A DNA stretch of 64,000 nucleotides from Octopus bimaculoides (Eukaryota), in NCBI RefSeq assembly GCF_001194135.2, contig NC_068985.1, forward strand, positions 126,922,638-126,986,637, in the 5' to 3' direction. Made by a program: the position numbers and the translations under genes. This document shows positions 59,201-64,000 of the stretch, piece after piece; the first letter of the stretch is position 1, and every line of letters starts with the position of its first letter. The notes under the pieces are model-generated. The model was not told the origin of the DNA, did no database searches, and saw only the letters and a list, made by a program, of their open reading frames with translations.

Positions 59201-61871
59201 ACTTGAATAAATTCTAATTGTAACCACTTCAATTTTGTTAATAGTGCTCTTTTTGAAATGTTTAAACATAACATTCTCGTGATTTTCCCCTTACCTATAA
59301 ATTCAAGACCTAATTAACAAATCCTGATAATTATTTGAAGTTGAGTACATTGTGAGCATGTTAGAATCCATAGTGTTCAACATATATTTTCATTCTTCTT
59401 GTTTATCATTAGTTCTCATAAGTCATTTATCCAGAGTGAATCTGCCAACATGTCTTCATATTCTCAGCTGGTTAATATGGTAACTGAGTATCTGAAATGG
59501 TTTTCAATTTAATCCGTTCACCATTAGTAATGTTAAAGTGAGTTGGTTATTATAGTTGATAACTACTTTTACACTATCACTGACTGGCATTGCTCATGAT
59601 TTTGGTAGTCTGAAAAGCTACAAAAACTGAAGCTAACTTTACAATAAATTGTTAATCTGTATTTTTATAAAAATAATTGCTTTAACATACTTAACAATTA
59701 CAATAGTTGAATAACTTGGATCAGTAACATGATCATCTGCACTGAATCTTTTCCTCGTTAATAAATCTAAGCCGCATCTAATTTACCGAATATCTTCAAC
59801 ATTTTCTTTTTACTGTTACTGTGATAAATTCTGCTCTTTCAAATTTACCAGCTTGTACACATTATATGCATTCATTTCAATCAACCCTTACTAATATTTG
59901 AACCAAGTATAACCAAATAGTCCTTAACAAAGGCTGAGAACTCTGCTTTATTGGAGAACTAAGCTCTTGCCATTAGTCTTCAATTAATATTCCATTGTCT
60001 TAAATTGCTTAGTCCACAGCTGTGGGAATAAGTGCCAACATTTCTGAAAATGTTACCTTTTGTTTAATTAAGGAGATTAATCCAAACTGCACAACTAAAC
60101 TCTGGCTTAATGGGTACCTATAACTCTTGGAGATATTCATTTTTTTATAATTGGAAGGCAGAGGTTGAGTGGAGGTAATAACATCACAGAGTCAATTAAA
60201 ATTTGCAATTATTACATTGGTAACAATTGGAAATATCAAAAGTAAAATCTTGTAAGTTTAAAAAAATGGGATTATTCTTGACTTGTCTGTGGTATTGTAT
60301 CCTATAAGAGTCATACACATTAATATATCTCAAATATTTCTAGCAGGTTATAAATGATTTGTTACTTAGTGAGTTATTAGAAGAAAAAATCTCATTCATA
60401 GAATATAAGATTACAAGTTACAGTATTATTTAGTCTTTAATGTTTCCCTCTCTACTTTTTTTGCTCTTTATATAGTAATCTGCTTGTGTGAATTTGTAGG
60501 GCCAATGACGGTCAATATTAACCAAGCATCTGCACATATATGTGCAGGCCTGGACAAAATTTATTGAAGAGGATTAGCAGTTGTCCATGCATGCAAATCT
60601 CCCCTTTTCACACCACTGACGTTTTTCCTGGGGAAAGGTTACTGACCTGGGCTAGTACAGATAGGGACCAGTGTTGATGCAAGCATTGCTGTCAGAACAC
60701 TGAGTTAGAACACATACTACAAGGCACTTTGCCAACTTTCTAACAGTTCTACCAACCCACCACCTTGATTTGCTACATTTTTATTGCCCCTAGAAAAAAG
60801 AAAGTCAAAGTTAACCATTACAGGATTTGAACTCTGATGCAGACAGTCACCACAAAATGTTCCTATTGCCTCTATTAGCATAATTTGCCACCCTGAGTTT
60901 GTATTCAAGTTTTTTTGCCCTACAGAAATTGTCATTGTCTCATATAAGAGCCTAGTGTTAAAATGGTTTCAAACATTAGACCAAAATTAACGTAATGATT
61001 AGATAAGATATAATTGGATGTTTCTTTCTCTAGAAACATTATCAATGGAAAGGTTTTTTGTTTTTTTTGCAGGGGTGGGGGTTGTAACATTGTTCCAAAT
61101 CCATAAATTTGTAGGAATTTGTTGAACCCAGCATCCCTCATGTTATGGAAACACTGTGATCCTGAAAATCAAGTCTTACATGGAAGTCAGTGACAGAAAG
61201 AATTTGCATTACAAAATTATGGCAAGATTTTCAGGAATGCAAGGATTCCATAATGCCAGAGATTTATGTACCTGTTTTAAGGACCCTAAATGAATGAAAG
61301 GCCATAAGTACCTCAGTAGCACTTAAACTCAGAGCACAGAATGGAGTTAAGTTTACTTTAATATTCTACATTTTCTAACATGCCAGATGGCAGTTTATTG
61401 ATTACATAAAACCCTCTCCATGGTTGCTCAGTCTGCTAGAAATAGCACCCAAATACCCTCAAATTGTACTCTTACTGCCTTATAAAAAGACACTCTTGTC
61501 TTAGATGGGATTGTCACGGCAAGAATTCCTTCAATCAAAAGTCTGCTCATTCAGAGCTGATATGAAATGAAACAACTCACCGCAAAAGAAGTTTGGCTAT
61601 ATATTATGTGCTGTGATTTTGGTAATGATTTCCAGCCACAAATTAATCTCAATAATTGTCTGACATTTTTTTTATCAATGACAGATAAGGTTGACCTGAA
61701 TGGGATTTGAACCCAGAATCTGTAAGAATATAAAAGAGATGTAACTAAATATCTCAAGGCTCTCTGAGACTCTTCAGTAATTTATTAAACTAACTGCATC
61801 CATTTTTTACATGAATCTTTGATTTTCATGGAATTTCCCTTGCATTATATCAAATTTGACTTATGGTTTGT

Positions 61872-62615
61872 TTTCATCATCATCATTTAACGTCTGTTTT
61901 CCATGCTGGCATGGGCTGGGCAGTTTGACATGGAGTTGGCCAGCTAGGGAGCTGTCTAAACTTCAGTTGTCTGTTGTGGTATATTTTCTACAGCTGGATG
62001 CCCTTCCTAACGCCAAACACTTTACAAAGTGTGCTGGGTGCTTTTTATGTGCCACCAGCATGGTTGCATTTATGTAGCACTGGCATGAGTGCATTTCATG
62101 TAGCACTGGCATGAGTGCATTTCATGTAGCACTGGCACCTGTAAAGGACAAGCCTGTATGTATGGATGATGCTAATTTTACTTAGCTTGGTGTGACTTAA
62201 GTACAGCAAATTGCCACAACTCCTGGTCCTTGTCATTTCCTCAGTGAGGTTCAGCATCCAGTTCCTTTCTCAGCACTTTGTCCCACATCTTCCTGGGTCC
62301 ACTCCTTCCACAGGTTCCCTCTACAATTAGAGCTCTACACTTCTATAAGCAGCTGTCCTCATGCATACACACCACATGACCAAACCAGCATGGTCTTCTC
62401 TCTTGCACACGACATATGATGCCTCTTACACTCTGTCATGCATGCACACTGACATTACCCATCCAGTGGCAGATGCTAGATTCATTTCTTTCAAGCCTTT
62501 GCAAGTCCTCTATAGCCAGAGCCCATGTTTCACTGCTATGTAGCATAGCTGTACACACACAGGCATTATACAGTCTGCCTTTTACTTGTGAGAGAGGCCT
62601 ACTCCAGTCAAAGTT
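61872..62615 (-). mobile_element. RTE-clade LINE 3' fragment with (GAT)n tail
   Basis: KGRLYNACVCTAMLHSSETWAL..LQRLERNE; same 3' UTR and tail as 51225-51791; contains a 26-bp tandem repeat at 62072-62138. Confidence 0.8.
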
Positions 62616-63539
62616 TTTAAGATTCAGCAATGTCAGAGTTGGGTTGGTAAGAATGTTATATTTAGTTACATCTCTTTTATATTCTTACACATTCTGGGTT
62701 CAAATCCCATTCAGGTTAACCCACCAACACTGACTTATCATTTCTGACTTTTGGTAGCCCAGAGCTAATTTGATTACATCCTATTTGAATAAACTTAGCT
62801 AGTCTACTGAAATCTCAGATAAAGCTAATAACCATATGACATTTCCCCCCGTAGCATCTGTAGATTAGAGGACATTGGAATAGTCTACAAAATCGAGATG
62901 AGTGAAAATATTAGTACCTGAGGCATCAGGCAACCACTNNNNNNNNNNTTGATATTACAAAAATACACAGAAAAACTGAAATGTTTTACCATTTTAATGA
63001 TAATGGTGGTGGGTTGTAGTAAATTCTTCAAATTAGGTTATTTTTACTGATATCTTTTTTAAGATACTTGTTTTATCATTCTTGGTTTTGATATTATTCT
63101 TCACTAAACTTTGCATTTCATTAATTCATAAAAATAGATCATACAGTAAAAATTACTTTACACTACTGTACATAAAGGTTATGCTAAACTACCATAGCTC
63201 CTCTAGTATTAATAACTCATTTCATAATCATTTCTCCAGAACTATCATGCAGTACTTAACCTTAATGGTTAAGGTTTTGAAGAAAGGAAGCTTGATGTTA
63301 TTTACTACTTGTTAATAAGAAAACTAATTGATTATATATTCATTACTTATTTTGTCAAACCTTCTTTGTGTGTGCATATGCACATGAAGTTATTTCTGCT
63401 TCTTCACTTGAGCAGCGTTTTGTTTACATTCTCAGTAAACATTACATTCTGCAGCTCTACAGTTTAGAAGTTTAGTGGAATAAAAGACACACAAAAAAAA
63501 AATCCCTTACTTGAGAAACCTGTAAGGGTTGGCAACAGG

Positions 63540-63765
63540 AAGAGCATTGAACCATAAAATATTTCCTCAAATAAGTATCTCTCCAATCTGTGCCAGTATA
63601 GAAAAATGAGCAAAAAATAATTTAGTTGATTTATCCCCTGTTCTTCTTTTCTCCTTCTTGGGTAGTAGCAATATTTCTCTATTTGGACTATGCATGTATG
63701 ATGTTTTACCCATTTAAAAAAAATTTGGGAAAAAATTCTATATGACTTACTACGACCCCTATAAA
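63540..63765 (-). mobile_element. Possible mariner-type terminal fragment/MITE
   Basis: Minus strand begins tataggggtcgtagtaagtcatatag, resembling mariner TIR starts. No partner TIR or transposase recognised. Confidence 0.25.
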
Positions 63766-64000
63766 TAATTTCGCCTTCTAATTCAAGCATTATAAAATTT
63801 CACTTTGTATTAAACAAAGAATCTAAATCTATTAATCCTTCATCTCTTAGAGAAGACCATTAAATACTGCTTTATTTTAGTAACTAAGCAAAACTTGCAC
63901 ATAATAATATGAATGTTCTTTTACTCATTGGATTAACTTACAATGAAATCTCTTGGCTTTAAGTGATGTATGCAAAAAATATTATATTAAGCAAATACCT

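Overview
AT-rich, microsatellite- and transposon-dense eukaryotic DNA with short N gaps. The repeat families and style suggest an octopus/coleoid cephalopod (inference, not verified). The main feature is a complete 12-exon NADP-dependent isocitrate dehydrogenase gene of the cytosolic IDH1 type (+ strand, CDS 983..34316, 1233 nt, 410 aa, all introns GT-AG with consistent phases). Unlike vertebrate IDH1 (ends AKL), the protein ends ...MASI with no peroxisomal signal. Its UGA-C stop is followed in frame by LGRFKPITESKL-stop, a hidden canonical PTS1. This points to a stop-codon-readthrough peroxisomal isoform and is the top finding. Downstream lies a nested TE cluster: a hAT relic and a Penelope-like element with inverted terminal units carrying a tRNA-type Pol III head and a decayed minimal hammerhead-ribozyme motif, plus a SINE inserted with a 13-bp TSD. 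Further on are a CpG-richer putative promoter zone and a 390-codon Lys-rich/acidic ORF of an unidentified gene. Introns and intergenic DNA hold maT (DD37D) and mariner (DD34D) relics, RTE LINE fragments, several tRNA-SINE families, and TTAA- and hAT-type MITEs. No CRISPR, rRNA or bona fide tRNA gene was seen.
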